Shown here: piece after piece, positions 46,099-57,525 of the stretch | How the letters are laid out: each line of letters starts with the position of its first letter | Numbering within the stretch: position 1 is the stretch's first letter | Assembly: GCF_036677875.1 (NCBI RefSeq) | Contig: NZ_JAVBVP010000030.1 | Reading direction: 5' to 3' (one strand) | DNA: 64,000 nucleotides | Origin: Sphaerochaeta sp. | Lineage (GTDB): Bacteria; Spirochaetota; Spirochaetia; Sphaerochaetales; Sphaerochaetaceae | The notes under the pieces: model-generated | What the model was told of the DNA's origin: nothing | Seen by the model: the letters and a program-made list of their open reading frames with translations, nothing else | The model's database searches: none | Program-made: the position numbers and the translations under genes

Positions 46099-47427
46099 AT
46101 GAGTAGGTACGAGACGGATGATATCATTTATGCCCTGGCCACCGGTTGGGTGCAGAGTGCTCTTGCTGTGATACGGGTCAGTGGACAAGGATGCAGAGCG
46201 CGCCTTGCCGCTTGTTTTTCACGCCCGAAGGCCCTTGAGGAAGCAGAAAATGCAACGCTCGTGCACGGATATCTGCAGAATGAGGAACACCAAAGGATTG
46301 ATGAGGTGGTATGCGCAGTCTATACCGAGGGGCATGGGTATACCCTGGAAGAGTCCGTGGAATTCACTTGCCATGGCTCTTTGGCGGTCATCAAGGAAAT
46401 CCTTGAGTTGTTCGCCCGTCTGGGATTGCGCAGTGCCGAGGGCGGAGAATTCACGTTCCGTTCGTTCTTGCACGGGCGTCTGGATTTGACGCAGGCAGAA
46501 GCTGTCCAGGAATTGGTTTCCAGTCAGAGCAAGCGCTCCCGCTCCATGGCGCTTGGTCGTTTGGAAGGAAGTCTCAAGGATCAAATCACCCACCTAAAGA
46601 ACGAGTTGATGGCCATCATGGCTGCCGTGGAGGTCCAGCTGGATTATGCAGAAGATGAATTGGACGCATTCACCTTCCCGAGGCAGCGGTTGGTGTTTCT
46701 CCTCGATTTGATCAAGCAACTCTCTTCCACCTATCAGATCGGGAAACTGTTCAAGCAGGGGGCACGTATTGTGCTGGCAGGCTCTACCAATGCCGGTAAA
46801 AGCTCTCTGTTTAATCTGTTGTTGAAACAGGAACGGTCCATCGTCAGTCCGGTACGCGGGACTACCCGTGATTACATCGAGGCGGACTTGGATGTCGAGG
46901 GCATTCCGGTCAAGCTCTATGATACAGCCGGGCTTCGTGAAAGCGAGGATGTCATCGAGAGCGAAGGGATCAAACGTACCGAACGCCTGATCGGCCAAGC
47001 TGATCTTGTCGTGTACTTGGTGGACAGCAGCGAGCATGGTCCACTTCCTCAGGAGGATGAACGTACCTTGGTCGTGTACAACAAGAGCGATCTGGCAAAA
47101 CCTCCGAAGGGTGAGTTGGCCATCAGCGCCCAGACCGGCGAAGGGGTCGGCCTTCTGCTCGGCCAGATTGCAAATCGGCTCAGGCATGGAATGCAGAGTA
47201 CGATGGAAGACCAACTGATCATAGAGTCGGAGCGGCAGCATCGGTTGTTGTTGCATGCAGCCGAGGCCTTGGAACGTGCGTTGGTCCTGGTCGATCAGGA
47301 TATCCCGTTGGATATCATTGCCGTCGAGCTGGGCGAGGCGTTGCAGAACCTGGGTGAACTTACCGGAGAAGTAACTCCCGCTGATATCCTGGAAACGATA
47401 TTCAGTGGATTTTGTGTAGGAAAATAA
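46099..47427 (+). CDS. mnmE: tRNA modification GTPase MnmE
   Basis: G-domain [10 protein letters not shown] / DTAGLR / NKSD and the C-terminal CVGK motif. Confidence 0.95.
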   Translation: MSRYETDDIIYALATGWVQSALAVIRVSGQGCRARLAACFSRPKALEEAENATLVHGYLQNEEHQRIDEVVCAVYTEGHGYTLEESVEFTCHGSLAVIKEILELFARLGLRSAEGGEFTFRSFLHGRLDLTQAEAVQELVSSQSKRSRSMALGRLEGSLKDQITHLKNELMAIMAAVEVQLDYAEDELDAFTFPRQRLVFLLDLIKQLSSTYQIGKLFKQGARIVLAGSTNAGKSSLFNLLLKQERSIVSPVRGTTRDYIEADLDVEGIPVKLYDTAGLRESEDVIESEGIKRTERLIGQADLVVYLVDSSEHGPLPQEDERTLVVYNKSDLAKPPKGELAISAQTGEGVGLLLGQIANRLRHGMQSTMEDQLIIESERQHRLLLHAAEALERALVLVDQDIPLDIIAVELGEALQNLGELTGEVTPADILETIFSGFCVGK

Positions 47428-47428
47428 G

Positions 47429-49243
47429 ATGGATTATGATGCACTAGTAGTGGGGGGCGGACATGCCGGAATTGAAGCCGGCCTCGCCCTGGCAAGAATC
47501 GGGTTCAAGACGCTTTTGATCACCCAGAATCTTGATACAATCGGAAAACTCTCCTGCAATCCTGCAGTCGGAGGGTTGTCAAAAGGAAATCTGGTACGTG
47601 AAGTCGACGCGCTTGGTGGGGAGATGGCCCACTTGATCGACCAGAGTATGATCCAATACCGGATCCTCAATCGGCGAAGAGGCCCGGCAGTACAGGCTCC
47701 ACGCGCCCAAGCCGATAAATTCACCTATTCCCGGCTTGCCAAGCAAACTTTGGAGGCGCAACCCAACCTCTCCCTGTTCATGGATACGGTAGTGGACTTT
47801 TTAGTTGATTCCACGGGCAAACGATTGGTCGGGGTGGTCACCGAGCGCCGCCATACGATCAGTTGCAAGGTTCTGGTCCTGACCACCGGTACATTCATGG
47901 AAGGGCGGATTTTCATCGGGGAATACGATGCTCCGGACGGCCGGCTCAATGAGAAGGCAGCGATAGGATTGGGAACCGCCCTGCGCGCCAAAGGATTTCC
48001 TGTAGGCAGGCTGAAGACGGGGACTCCCGCACGGGTGCGAAAGTCCACCCTCGATTTTGACAAGATGGAATTGCAGGACGGCGAGCCGATCATGATGCCC
48101 TTCAGTTTCGACTATGACAGCGTCGACCGTCCCTCGCTTCCTTGCTACATCACCTGGACGACGGAGCAGACTCATAGGATCATTCAGGAGAACATTCACC
48201 GATCTCCCTTGTACGGGGGAAAAATCGTAGGAAAAGGGCCTCGGTATTGTCCTTCCCTGGAGGACAAGGTCGTTCGATTTCCCGACCGCGAGCGGCACCA
48301 GATCTTCGTTGAACCGGAAGGGGTGGGGACCGAGGAGATGTATCTCAACGGGATTTCCTCTTCGCTTCCCGAGGACGTCCAGCTTGCATTCATCCACAGC
48401 ATACCGGGATTGGAGCATGCACAGATCATGCGACCGGCGTATGCGGTGGAATACGACTACATTGATCCTCAGGCGCTCTATCCATCCTTGGAGAGCAAGT
48501 TGCTTGAGAATCTGTTCATAGCAGGACAGACCAACGGTACCAGCGGGTATGAGGAAGCCGCCTGCCAGGGCTTGCTGGCCGGCATCAATGCCGCACAGAA
48601 ACTCAAGGGAGAGAAACCTTTGATCCTCAGCCGCAACGAAGCCTATACCGGAGTTCTCATTGATGATCTGGTGACCATGGGAACGAAGGAACCATACCGT
48701 ATGTTCACCAGCCGTGCAGAATATCGACTGAACCTGCGTCATGACAACTGTGACCAACGGCTTACCGCCAAAGGCCATGCAGTGGGTCTGCAGACCCAGG
48801 AAAAACTGGATCGTCTCGCCCGAAAAATTGAAAAGATGGATGCCGTCAAGGATTTGCTGCGAACTCGTAAGTATGAGGAGAAGAGTGCGTTCCAGGCACT
48901 TCGCATGCCCGAGGTCACCATTGCCGATCTTGCTGGTCGGATTCCCGAATTGTCCGGCTATGAACAACCGATCCTCTATCAGGTGGAACTTGATGTGAAA
49001 TACGAAGGGTACATCAACCGTCAGGAACGGCAGATCAATCGGTTCGAGAAATTGGAGAGCCTTTCCATCGATGATGCAATTGATTATGACCGAATGGATG
49101 GTTTGAGTGCGGAAGGACGGGAGAAATTGAAGAAAGTTCGTCCCCTCTCCGTCGGCCAAGCCTCGCGTATCAATGGAGTGCGCAACAGCGACCTGGCGAT
49201 TCTCATCGTCCATCTTGACAAGGGAGGGCGGCATGAACGATAA
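47429..49243 (+). CDS. mnmG: tRNA uridine 5-carboxymethylaminomethyl modification enzyme MnmG
   Basis: FAD-binding [12 protein letters not shown]-terminus and full-length GidA similarity. Confidence 0.95.
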   Translation: MDYDALVVGGGHAGIEAGLALARIGFKTLLITQNLDTIGKLSCNPAVGGLSKGNLVREVDALGGEMAHLIDQSMIQYRILNRRRGPAVQAPRAQADKFTYSRLAKQTLEAQPNLSLFMDTVVDFLVDSTGKRLVGVVTERRHTISCKVLVLTTGTFMEGRIFIGEYDAPDGRLNEKAAIGLGTALRAKGFPVGRLKTGTPARVRKSTLDFDKMELQDGEPIMMPFSFDYDSVDRPSLPCYITWTTEQTHRIIQENIHRSPLYGGKIVGKGPRYCPSLEDKVVRFPDRERHQIFVEPEGVGTEEMYLNGISSSLPEDVQLAFIHSIPGLEHAQIMRPAYAVEYDYIDPQALYPSLESKLLENLFIAGQTNGTSGYEEAACQGLLAGINAAQKLKGEKPLILSRNEAYTGVLIDDLVTMGTKEPYRMFTSRAEYRLNLRHDNCDQRLTAKGHAVGLQTQEKLDRLARKIEKMDAVKDLLRTRKYEEKSAFQALRMPEVTIADLAGRIPELSGYEQPILYQVELDVKYEGYINRQERQINRFEKLESLSIDDAIDYDRMDGLSAEGREKLKKVRPLSVGQASRINGVRNSDLAILIVHLDKGGRHER

Positions 49244-49892
49244 GCTCTCCGCATTGTTGGCGCAAGGCATCCGCGAGCTCGGTCTTGACTTTGATGATTC
49301 CCAGCATAGCCAACTCGCGGCGTACCTTGCCGAGTTGGAACTTTTCAATCCTGTATACAAACTGGTAGGCTCTGAAGGTGAGGACCTGATCATCCGACAC
49401 CTATTGGATTCCTTGGCGGGTGCACCGGTTCTTGCTGGACTTCCCGATTTCAGTGCCTCCACGACCATCGCCGATCTTGGTTCGGGGGCTGGGCTTCCCG
49501 GCATCCCCTTGGCTGTCGCCCTGAAACAGAACTCCTTCATCTTGGTGGAGCGGATGGGACGGCGGGTCGATTTTTTGCGCAATGCTTTGGTTCGCACAGG
49601 ATTGCGACAAAGGGTACAGGTGCTGGAGCGCGACCTGAAGGAAGTGAAGCAGCAATTCGATCTTATCACCTTCCGTGCATTCCGTCCGCTTGCTGAGATC
49701 TTGGATGAGGTCGCCCCGATATTGGCCGAGGGTGGTACGGTTTGCGCCTATAAAGCACAAGAAGACCAAGTTCTGCAAGAACTCCTTGCAGTAGAAAAGC
49801 AGTGCAAGAGTCGTTGGCAGGCACGCTTCGTCAAACTGAAGGTCCCCTTTCTTGATGCGGATCGAATGCTGTGTATCCTGAAAAAGGTGTGA
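49233..49892 (+). CDS. rsmG: 16S rRNA (guanine527-N7)-methyltransferase RsmG
   Basis: ATG 49233 overlaps the mnmG end by 11 nt. SAM motif [14 protein letters not shown]. Confidence 0.9.
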   Translation: MNDKLSALLAQGIRELGLDFDDSQHSQLAAYLAELELFNPVYKLVGSEGEDLIIRHLLDSLAGAPVLAGLPDFSASTTIADLGSGAGLPGIPLAVALKQNSFILVERMGRRVDFLRNALVRTGLRQRVQVLERDLKEVKQQFDLITFRAFRPLAEILDEVAPILAEGGTVCAYKAQEDQVLQELLAVEKQCKSRWQARFVKLKVPFLDADRMLCILKKV

Positions 49893-49935
49893 TACCATCG
49901 GCCGTATGGAGTGTTTAGAAACCAAGGAGTAAGGT

Positions 49936-52716
49936 GTGAAGGAGCATAAGGGTCGCTTTTCATTGCTATTCGGATTGTTCTGCCTGGCAGCAACGCTGTT
50001 GGTAGGCAGCCTGTTGGTGTTGCCGCTGTTCGGTATCGATTCTGCGTTGCTCGCCCGTATTCGAACCGTCTTAGAACATTTTTTCTCCTTCTCTCCAACC
50101 CCATCCCTGTTCGGTTTGGTTCCCTTGGTGTTTCTGCTGGGAATCTGGACGATCATGACGTTCGCCTTCCGTGGGCGGAGACAGTTCACCTTCATCCTTG
50201 TTCCGTTTACCGCTTTGATGGCGTATACGCTGTATACGCTCTCCCATATGTTGATGGGAAGTGACAAACCGCTTTTTGCTTCGCGGTTGCTCGCCAGTTC
50301 GGTCGACTTGCGTACAGCCTCCTGGAAAGTCGTCATGGCATTTCTGGCAGAGACTGTAGTGTTCATCATCCTGATTTTGATCGGCGATGGATTGGAACGG
50401 TATCAGCAGCGGAAAGCCGAGCGTATCGCCAAGCAGGAAGCACAGGTGGAGCCGAAGCAAAAGAAACGTGGATCGCTGTGGCGCCGAAGGAAGAACGTAC
50501 CGGAAGAGGAAGAGCAGGAGACGGTGGTGCTCCAGAAAAAACGGGTTGCTCCCCTTGTGGAGGAACAAGGAAATTCATTCGGCGAACAGCAGGTCGACTT
50601 TCCTCCGATAGTTGATATTCCCAATTTGGAGAATCTAGCCCGCAAGCGGGCGGTCGTCGAACGGCCGAAGGAGCGGGAAGTCATCGAAGTCGATGAGATC
50701 CAGGTGTTGGGCAAGGTCAGCATCGGCGCGCTGCATACCCTGACCGAAGAGCGAAAGCGCAACAATGGAGTCTCCTACCTTGAGCGGAAGCAGCAGGAAC
50801 TTGCCCGAAAGAGACAAGAGGAGGGGCAACGGGTAGCAAGCAATACAGCCGAAGGGGAAGCAACCAAGAGCCCTGCTCCTCTTTCCGGGTTTCTTCAGGG
50901 AGCCTTGGAGGCAGTGGGGAAGGGAACTCGCAAGCATGAGGCCAGACGTATTGAGAAGAGCGGCCATGTGCAGGGGATGCTGGCACAAGCGGTTGAGGAG
51001 CATCAGGCAAGAAAGGAAACTGAGATGGAACCGGCGCCAGAGCCGTTGGCGATTCATGAACGGGTTCTCTCGGTCCGATATGAACAACCCGACCCTCCAG
51101 CAATCGATCCGATTCCTGTCCAGCCGACGTTCTTTGCCCCGGAGAGTACCGCAAAACCGAAAAATGGCGCAGTTCTGGAAGAGCCGCAGACATTGCAGGT
51201 CCAGCAGGAGGAGCCTGAATCGGACGGTCTTCAAGCAGAGAGTGGGGTAGGCGGCCTGAGCGGCCGGGAAAATGGAACGAGCGCTTTGTTGAATCGAAAC
51301 AGGATCACGTATCAATTTCCCGCTGAATCCATGTTGTTGTCCTACCCGAAGATCGGCTCCGATGTAGATGAGAATACCCTCAAACGGGGGCAGATTTTAG
51401 TGTCGACGCTGCAGGATTTCAATATTACTGTAGAATTGACCAATATCGTCAGAGGACCGACGGTGACCATGTTCGAATTGCTTCCCGCCGCCGGGGTTCG
51501 GGTCAATTCGATCGTCAATCTTGCTGACAACATTGCGTTGGCTTTGGCAGCTACCCAGGTACGCATCGTCGCCCCGATCCCCGGAAAGTCTGCTGTTGGC
51601 GTGGAGATTCCCAACGCCAAGCGCGACATCATCGGTTTTCGGGAGATGCTCCCTTCCTTGCCGGAGGGTTTCGGCATTCCCATGGTACTGGGCAGGAATC
51701 TGATGGCCCAACCGATTGTCATCGATGTCATCAAGGCTCCGCATCTCTTGATCGCCGGTTCTACGGGAAGCGGTAAGAGCGTATGTGTAAACTCCTTGAT
51801 TTGTTCCGTATTGTTCCGGCGCAGTCCCAAGCAAGTGCGGATGATCCTGGTCGATCCCAAGATTGTGGAACTGAATATCTACAACGGTATTCCGCATTTG
51901 CTCACTCCGGTCATTACCGATGCAAAGCGGACGCTCAAGGCCCTTGATTTCTGTCTCTATGAGATGGATCGTCGGTATAAGTTGCTGCAAGGCATCAATG
52001 TACGGAATATCATCGGGTATAATGAGAAGATCGAGACCAGCCATCTGGCCCGGGAGAAACTGCCGTATATCTTGGTTGTGATCGACGAGTTCGCCGATTT
52101 GATGCATTTGGTCGGCAAGGACATGGAGATGAAGGTCAGCAGACTTGCAGCGATGAGCCGCGCGGTAGGCATCCATTTGGTGTTGGCCACCCAGCGTCCT
52201 TCGGTGGACGTCATTACCGGGGTGATCAAAAACAATATCCCCACCCGCATAGCTTTCGCCGTAACCAGCGCGACCGACAGCAGGATCATTCTGGATGAAC
52301 AAGGGGCCGACAAGCTGTTGGGCAAGGGTGACATGTTGTATATGTCCAGCTCAAATCCAGCTACCGAGCGCATCCAGGGATCATTCCTCAGTGATCAGGA
52401 GGTCGAACAGGTAGTTGCGTTCGTTTCCTCCCAGGGAGAGCCCGATTTCATCGATGAATCCTTCTTCGAGGACGAGGAGAGCAAGACCAGCGATTCCGAT
52501 GATGAGGAAACCAGTGATGCAAGCAGTGATGACGAATTGATGGAACGTGCGCTTGCCATCGTTGTGGAACGAAAATGCGCTTCCGCCTCATACTTGCAAC
52601 GGCGGTTGAAGATAGGGTACAACCGGGCTGCCCGTCTGGTCGAACAGATGGAGGAGCTTGGGTATGTGGGGCCCCCGAATGGGAGCAAGCCCCGCGAATT
52701 GATCAAGTACCCATAA
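49936..52716 (+). CDS. ftsK: DNA translocase FtsK
   Basis: N-terminal TM segments, a long low-complexity linker, a motor domain (GSTGSGKS Walker A, VVIDEFADL) and a C-terminal gamma winged-helix (ASASYLQRRLKIGYNRAARLVE). GTG start. Confidence 0.9.
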   Translation: MKEHKGRFSLLFGLFCLAATLLVGSLLVLPLFGIDSALLARIRTVLEHFFSFSPTPSLFGLVPLVFLLGIWTIMTFAFRGRRQFTFILVPFTALMAYTLYTLSHMLMGSDKPLFASRLLASSVDLRTASWKVVMAFLAETVVFIILILIGDGLERYQQRKAERIAKQEAQVEPKQKKRGSLWRRRKNVPEEEEQETVVLQKKRVAPLVEEQGNSFGEQQVDFPPIVDIPNLENLARKRAVVERPKEREVIEVDEIQVLGKVSIGALHTLTEERKRNNGVSYLERKQQELARKRQEEGQRVASNTAEGEATKSPAPLSGFLQGALEAVGKGTRKHEARRIEKSGHVQGMLAQAVEEHQARKETEMEPAPEPLAIHERVLSVRYEQPDPPAIDPIPVQPTFFAPESTAKPKNGAVLEEPQTLQVQQEEPESDGLQAESGVGGLSGRENGTSALLNRNRITYQFPAESMLLSYPKIGSDVDENTLKRGQILVSTLQDFNITVELTNIVRGPTVTMFELLPAAGVRVNSIVNLADNIALALAATQVRIVAPIPGKSAVGVEIPNAKRDIIGFREMLPSLPEGFGIPMVLGRNLMAQPIVIDVIKAPHLLIAGSTGSGKSVCVNSLICSVLFRRSPKQVRMILVDPKIVELNIYNGIPHLLTPVITDAKRTLKALDFCLYEMDRRYKLLQGINVRNIIGYNEKIETSHLAREKLPYILVVIDEFADLMHLVGKDMEMKVSRLAAMSRAVGIHLVLATQRPSVDVITGVIKNNIPTRIAFAVTSATDSRIILDEQGADKLLGKGDMLYMSSSNPATERIQGSFLSDQEVEQVVAFVSSQGEPDFIDESFFEDEESKTSDSDDEETSDASSDDELMERALAIVVERKCASASYLQRRLKIGYNRAARLVEQMEELGYVGPPNGSKPRELIKYP

Positions 52717-52731
52717 AAGAGGAGTCTGAGA

Positions 52732-53544
52732 ATGATTGGCGAACATGCAATCCATAACGGTGTGGTCATCCATACCACAGAAGCGGTGGTTCCGGTAACC
52801 CGCAGGGAAGTCCAGTTTGGCTTTTCCACCTATGAATCTATCAGGATCATTCAATCTCATCCTGTGCACCTTGCCGACCATCTAGTGCGTCTGGCCCATT
52901 CGTGTGAGGGAATCAAATTGGTCCATCCCTTCGGCAGGGAGGAATTGACGAAGTGGGTGTATGACTTGATCAAGACTGATGAACTTGGTGAAGCGACGAT
53001 GCGCATCCAGATATACGGAGGGCCTGAACCCCAGCTATTCATCACCGCCCAGAAGATGCTGCGTTATCCGGATTCATATTATACCCGGGGAGTAGGGGCG
53101 ATCACGTATTTCGGTGAGCGGTTGGTTCCCAGTTGCAAGACCGGCAATCTCCTGCTCAACTACCTTGCGTTGGAAGAAGCACATCGACAGGATTGTTTCG
53201 AGGCTCTGCTGGCGGATAGGAACGGCCGGGTGTTGGAAGGAACGAGAAGCAATTTCTTTGCGTTCGAGCGCTCAACCCTGTACACCGCAAGCGACGAGTT
53301 GGTGTTGCTCGGCATCACTCGGGAGCGGGTGCTCAAGGCAGCCGCACAACTGGGCTTCTCCGTGGTCTTCACCGCTCCTCTTTTGTCAGACCTCAAGGCG
53401 GGGCGTTTTGATGAATTGTTCATTTCAGCGACCAGCATGGCAGCCATGCCGCTGGCCAGGTTGGACGATCGGTCGTATTCAGGTCCGTACGCCAAGACAC
53501 TTGCGATCAGGGATCTGGTCAGGTCGTGGGAATTGGAGGATTGA
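52732..53544 (+). CDS. Class IV (fold-type IV) aminotransferase family protein
   Basis: 270 aa. EGTRSNFF and LxGITR motifs typical of D-amino-acid/branched-chain aminotransferase and ADC lyase family members. Confidence 0.8.
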   Translation: MIGEHAIHNGVVIHTTEAVVPVTRREVQFGFSTYESIRIIQSHPVHLADHLVRLAHSCEGIKLVHPFGREELTKWVYDLIKTDELGEATMRIQIYGGPEPQLFITAQKMLRYPDSYYTRGVGAITYFGERLVPSCKTGNLLLNYLALEEAHRQDCFEALLADRNGRVLEGTRSNFFAFERSTLYTASDELVLLGITRERVLKAAAQLGFSVVFTAPLLSDLKAGRFDELFISATSMAAMPLARLDDRSYSGPYAKTLAIRDLVRSWELED

Positions 53545-54256
53545 GTGCCGCAAGGCAAAGGTCTGGATGATTGGTGATCACCCCGTCAACGCCCCATGCG
53601 ATCAATTGCTTCAAGTCTTGGGGAGTGTTGACGGTCCAGACGTTCAGGCCGATATGCTGATCCTTGCAGGCTTTCACGTTTTGATCATCCAACAGATGAA
53701 TATCAGGGTGGAGGTAGGTTATGCCCAAGTCATGCAGACTGTATTCAATGTTATCTACATAGGCATCCTCGATCAAGGCTGCACAAGGTATATGCGGAGC
53801 CAGATGGTTGCAGGCCATGACCGAAAGCCAATTGAATGAGGAAAACAACACCTTGTCCTCGATACCAAAGCATCGGATGGTTTCAAGCGCTTTTTCCTCT
53901 ATCCGCTCATAGTAGATGCGGTTTGTCTTAATTTCGATATTGGTGACGACGTCCTTGTCCCGAATGTATGCACAATATTCGGAAAAACTCGGAATTGGGG
54001 TTTCGCCGAATTGATTCTCGTAGGGCAAGCCTGCATTGCATTGCTGCAAAAAATCCAGTGAATAGTCCCGAACATATCCCGGAAGGCCGGTTGTCCGTTT
54101 CAAGGTCTCATCATGCATAATGACCAGTTTACCGTCTTTGGTACAATGGAGATCCAGTTCGATTCCGTCTGATCCTGCCTCTACGGCTTTGGAGAATGCC
54201 AACATGGTATTCTCCGGATATTTCCCGCTGAACCCTCTATGCGCATATACTTGCAT
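53519..54256 (-). CDS. Cytoplasmic glycerophosphodiester phosphodiesterase (UgpQ/GlpQ family)
   Basis: HRGFSGKYPENT ... ELDLHCTKDGKLVIMHD motifs and no signal peptide. Confidence 0.85.
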   Translation of the reverse strand: MQVYAHRGFSGKYPENTMLAFSKAVEAGSDGIELDLHCTKDGKLVIMHDETLKRTTGLPGYVRDYSLDFLQQCNAGLPYENQFGETPIPSFSEYCAYIRDKDVVTNIEIKTNRIYYERIEEKALETIRCFGIEDKVLFSSFNWLSVMACNHLAPHIPCAALIEDAYVDNIEYSLHDLGITYLHPDIHLLDDQNVKACKDQHIGLNVWTVNTPQDLKQLIAWGVDGVITNHPDLCLAALNPPIPTT

Positions 54257-54275
54257 TTTTCACACCCCTCAGCAC

Positions 54276-55034
54276 TCAATGACTCAATATCTGAGAAAGA
54301 AACAGTTTTGTCCGTTCACTTTTCGGAGCAGCGAAAAATTCATCCGGGGATGCTGTTTCCACAATCTTCCCTGCATCAAAGAAAATGACGTGATCAGCCA
54401 CCGCCTTCGCAAATCCAAGCTCATGGGTTACGACGATCAAGGTCATATTCTTGTCTGCAAGCTCACTCATTACATCCAGAACCTCCTTGATCATTTCCGG
54501 ATCCAAGGCACTGGTGGGTTCATCAAAGAGCATGATCTCGGGATGCATCGCCAAGGAACGGGCAATAGCCACACGTTGTTGTTCCCCTCCCGAGAGTTGG
54601 TTGGGATATTTCAATGCCTGCGCCTTCACTCCTACCCGATCCAGAAGCTGCATGGCCGTATGCTCTGCTTCTTCCTTTGTCTGCTTGAGAATCCAGATGG
54701 GCGCCAAGGTGATGTTGTGCAATACGGATAGATGAGGAAAGAGGTTGAATTGTTGGAAGACCATCCCGATTTTGCTTCTGATTGCATTGATGTGTTTGAT
54801 ATTATGGTCCAATGGGATGGAGTCAATGGTGATTTCTCCTTGTTGATATTCCTCCAAGGCATTTATGGTTCTGATGAAGGTGGATTTTCCGCTTCCCGAC
54901 GGTCCGATGATGACTGATACCTCCCCTCTGTAGAATGTATGGTTGATGCCTTTGAGCACCTCAAATTCAGGAGTGTACCATTTATGAACATCCTTGAAGG
55001 TGATCAGTTCGGATTTTTGCGTCGTGTTTTGCAT
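54276..55034 (-). CDS. Amino-acid ABC transporter ATP-binding protein (AapP/GlnQ-like)
   Basis: Walker [35 protein letters not shown] choose ATG 55034 because it lies 14 nt after the upstream stop. Confidence 0.9.
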   Translation of the reverse strand: MQNTTQKSELITFKDVHKWYTPEFEVLKGINHTFYRGEVSVIIGPSGSGKSTFIRTINALEEYQQGEITIDSIPLDHNIKHINAIRSKIGMVFQQFNLFPHLSVLHNITLAPIWILKQTKEEAEHTAMQLLDRVGVKAQALKYPNQLSGGEQQRVAIARSLAMHPEIMLFDEPTSALDPEMIKEVLDVMSELADKNMTLIVVTHELGFAKAVADHVIFFDAGKIVETASPDEFFAAPKSERTKLFLSQILSH

Positions 55035-55048
55035 ACTTCCCTGCCTTG

Positions 55049-56239
55049 TTATGAATGGATTTTTGAAGTGACGCCGAGCTTTTTTTCCAGAAGGATGCTC
55101 GCTTTGGAAATGCTGTAGCAAAGGATGAAGTAGATGGCCCCCTCAAAGAAGAGCACTTGGGCACTACCGGTCAGATATTTTGGATTGCTGACAATCGAAG
55201 TGGAAATGCCGATGAGATCGAGCATCCCGATGATACTGATCAGGCTGGTATCCTTCAGAGCTGAGGTAAACATATTCACCAAAACAGGAATCATACGTTT
55301 CAGGACCTGAGGAAGAATGACCAATGCCATGGTCTTCGTCGTGCTGAGGTTCAGACTTTTTGCAGCCTCATATTGGGTTTTGCTGATACCTTGCAATCCT
55401 CCACGTAACGCTTCCGCCATATAGGCACTATGAAACATCACCACCCCGGTCAGAGCCCTGATGAAGACTGATGGGGCCCATCCTTTCGGTAACGCCATCG
55501 GAAGAATGAGATATCCGATGAACAGGATGGTGATCAAGGGGACTCCACGAATAATTTCAATGGTGAAGATGCAAACGCTTTTGAGAATCCTGAGGTTGCT
55601 GCGTCGCCCCAATGCCAACAAGAGTCCGATCGGCAAGGAAAGGAAGATGCTGGTCAAGCTGATGAGCAGCGAAAGCAATAATCCTCCCCAAAGATTGGTT
55701 TTCACCAAAGGCAGGGGAAATCCGAAACCTCTGATGATGCAAAAAGAGAAAGGCAGCAGGAACACCCACCCAAGGGTCACCACCAACGACTGCTTTTCCT
55801 TTCCGATTCGCTGGATGAGGAAAAATGAACCGAAGAGAATGAGAATTAAAAGTCGGAGTGATGTTTTCTGCTGTCCTCCAAACGGCAGAAAGGAAAGTGC
55901 AGCAAGAAATAGGGCAATGCCATACAGCACCTTCTGCGGGCGTTTCGCGGTCATGCCGAATGAGCAACCGAAAAAGAAGGTCGCATACCCAAGGCATACC
56001 CATACTCTCCAGAGTTCGGAGATGGGGTAGCTACCGGTAAGAATCAACTTCAGGTTCGCTTTGATCACGGTCCAATCCCACGAAAAAAGTGGTATGAAGG
56101 CTTTGGCGAAGAATTCATACAAAAGCAGGACTGATAGGGCGGTCAACAGGGTATTCCCAATGGTGGAGAAAAGATTGGTATGCATCCAGTGCAGCATGCG
56201 GTTTGGTTTTCTGTCCAATTGTATGGTTTGTTCTTTCAT
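55049..56239 (-). CDS. Amino-acid ABC transporter permease (AapM-like)
   Basis: Large (~396 aa) polar-amino-acid permease with the EAA loop (YEAAKSLNLSTTKTMALVILPQ). Confidence 0.85.
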   Translation of the reverse strand: MKEQTIQLDRKPNRMLHWMHTNLFSTIGNTLLTALSVLLLYEFFAKAFIPLFSWDWTVIKANLKLILTGSYPISELWRVWVCLGYATFFFGCSFGMTAKRPQKVLYGIALFLAALSFLPFGGQQKTSLRLLILILFGSFFLIQRIGKEKQSLVVTLGWVFLLPFSFCIIRGFGFPLPLVKTNLWGGLLLSLLISLTSIFLSLPIGLLLALGRRSNLRILKSVCIFTIEIIRGVPLITILFIGYLILPMALPKGWAPSVFIRALTGVVMFHSAYMAEALRGGLQGISKTQYEAAKSLNLSTTKTMALVILPQVLKRMIPVLVNMFTSALKDTSLISIIGMLDLIGISTSIVSNPKYLTGSAQVLFFEGAIYFILCYSISKASILLEKKLGVTSKIHS

Positions 56240-56249
56240 GTATCCCTAC

Positions 56250-57461
56250 CTACCTCTCGATAATTTGGATCCGTCGATTGTACAGATTCATGACCAAACT
56301 GGTCAGAAGACTAAGCCCGAGGTATATGACCATGACGACACTGATCATCTCCAAAGCTCTTCCTGATTGGTTGATGATGGTTCCCGAGATCGCAAATAAG
56401 TCGGGGAATCCGATGGATACCCCAAGGGAAGTATTCTTTGCTACACCGAGGAATTGGCTGGTCAACGGGGGAATCACCACTACTTTTGCCTGGGGAATGA
56501 TGATGAGGCGAATGGTTTTCATATGACTGAATCCCAATGCCCTTGCGGCTTCAATTTGTCCTTTCGGGACACCTTGGATTCCTGCTCGGAAGATTTCAGC
56601 GATGAATGCAGAAGTATAAAGAATCAAACCGGAAAACAAGCTGAACCACTCTGAGGTGATGTGCATTCCTCCGGTGATGTTGAATTTACCCAAGATGGGA
56701 ATGTCTTTTTGCAAGGCAGGGTAGGGAAGCAGTAGATAGGAAATGACCGCTCCAGCCAGAAACACAATAATCGGGTAGAAAAGCGTATGTTGCTCCTTGC
56801 CAGTTCTCGACTCCCTGTGTTTCAGAAAGCATACCAAGGCAATGGATGCAACCAGTATGATGGCAAGGCAAATCAGGAAAGGCTGCATATGCTCGGACGG
56901 TCGCAGCCAAACCATGCTGATTCCGCGGTTTGAAAGAGAGAAAGAGACAGATGTCTGCCCGTTCGCAAGTGTCTGTTTCCCCCAGAGTATTCCTGTCTGG
57001 ATCCCGGGGAGCTTGAGGAAAAATGCGCGATACCAAATAAGCAACAACAATAGCAGGGGAATATTGCGGATGATCTCAATATAAATCATCGCGATTCTGT
57101 TGAGCAGAAAGTTGGCAGAAAGCCTGGCAAGGGCTACAACCAAGCCAAGCATGGTCGAAAAAATAATTGCAAGGAATGAAATGGAGATGGTATTCAGAAA
57201 CCCTGCGGCTATCAAACGTACATAACTTGAGGAGTTGTCCACCGGTAAGATTGATTCACTGATATCTATATGACTCACCATGCGAAGAAACTTGAATGAG
57301 GGGATCATCCCTATTTCAGATAAGGAATTCACCACATTTCCATAACAAATGGAGATGAAGATGATGATCAAGACGGTGAAGAGGAACTGACTGAGCAGAT
57401 TCCTTTTATGGCTGTCTTGCCAGATGGGTGTTCGGTGTGATTTTGCTGGGCCGTTGGACAT
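56250..57461 (-). CDS. Amino-acid ABC transporter permease (AapQ-like)
   Basis: About 403 aa permease with the EAA loop (IEAARALGFSHMKTIRLIIIPQ). ATG 57461 has GGGAGA upstream. Confidence 0.85.
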   Translation of the reverse strand: MSNGPAKSHRTPIWQDSHKRNLLSQFLFTVLIIIFISICYGNVVNSLSEIGMIPSFKFLRMVSHIDISESILPVDNSSSYVRLIAAGFLNTISISFLAIIFSTMLGLVVALARLSANFLLNRIAMIYIEIIRNIPLLLLLLIWYRAFFLKLPGIQTGILWGKQTLANGQTSVSFSLSNRGISMVWLRPSEHMQPFLICLAIILVASIALVCFLKHRESRTGKEQHTLFYPIIVFLAGAVISYLLLPYPALQKDIPILGKFNITGGMHITSEWFSLFSGLILYTSAFIAEIFRAGIQGVPKGQIEAARALGFSHMKTIRLIIIPQAKVVVIPPLTSQFLGVAKNTSLGVSIGFPDLFAISGTIINQSGRALEMISVVMVIYLGLSLLTSLVMNLYNRRIQIIER

Positions 57462-57525
57462 GGATGTAGGTTCTCCCAAGTCATCCTACCCCGGTTGGCC
57501 GAGGTAGGATGAACGATTCTGTGGA

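Noticed and set aside
47801-49669. 622-aa minus-strand ORF
   Set aside because: It is antisense to mnmG and rsmG, which have unambiguous motifs. There is no domain signature, so it is a shadow ORF.
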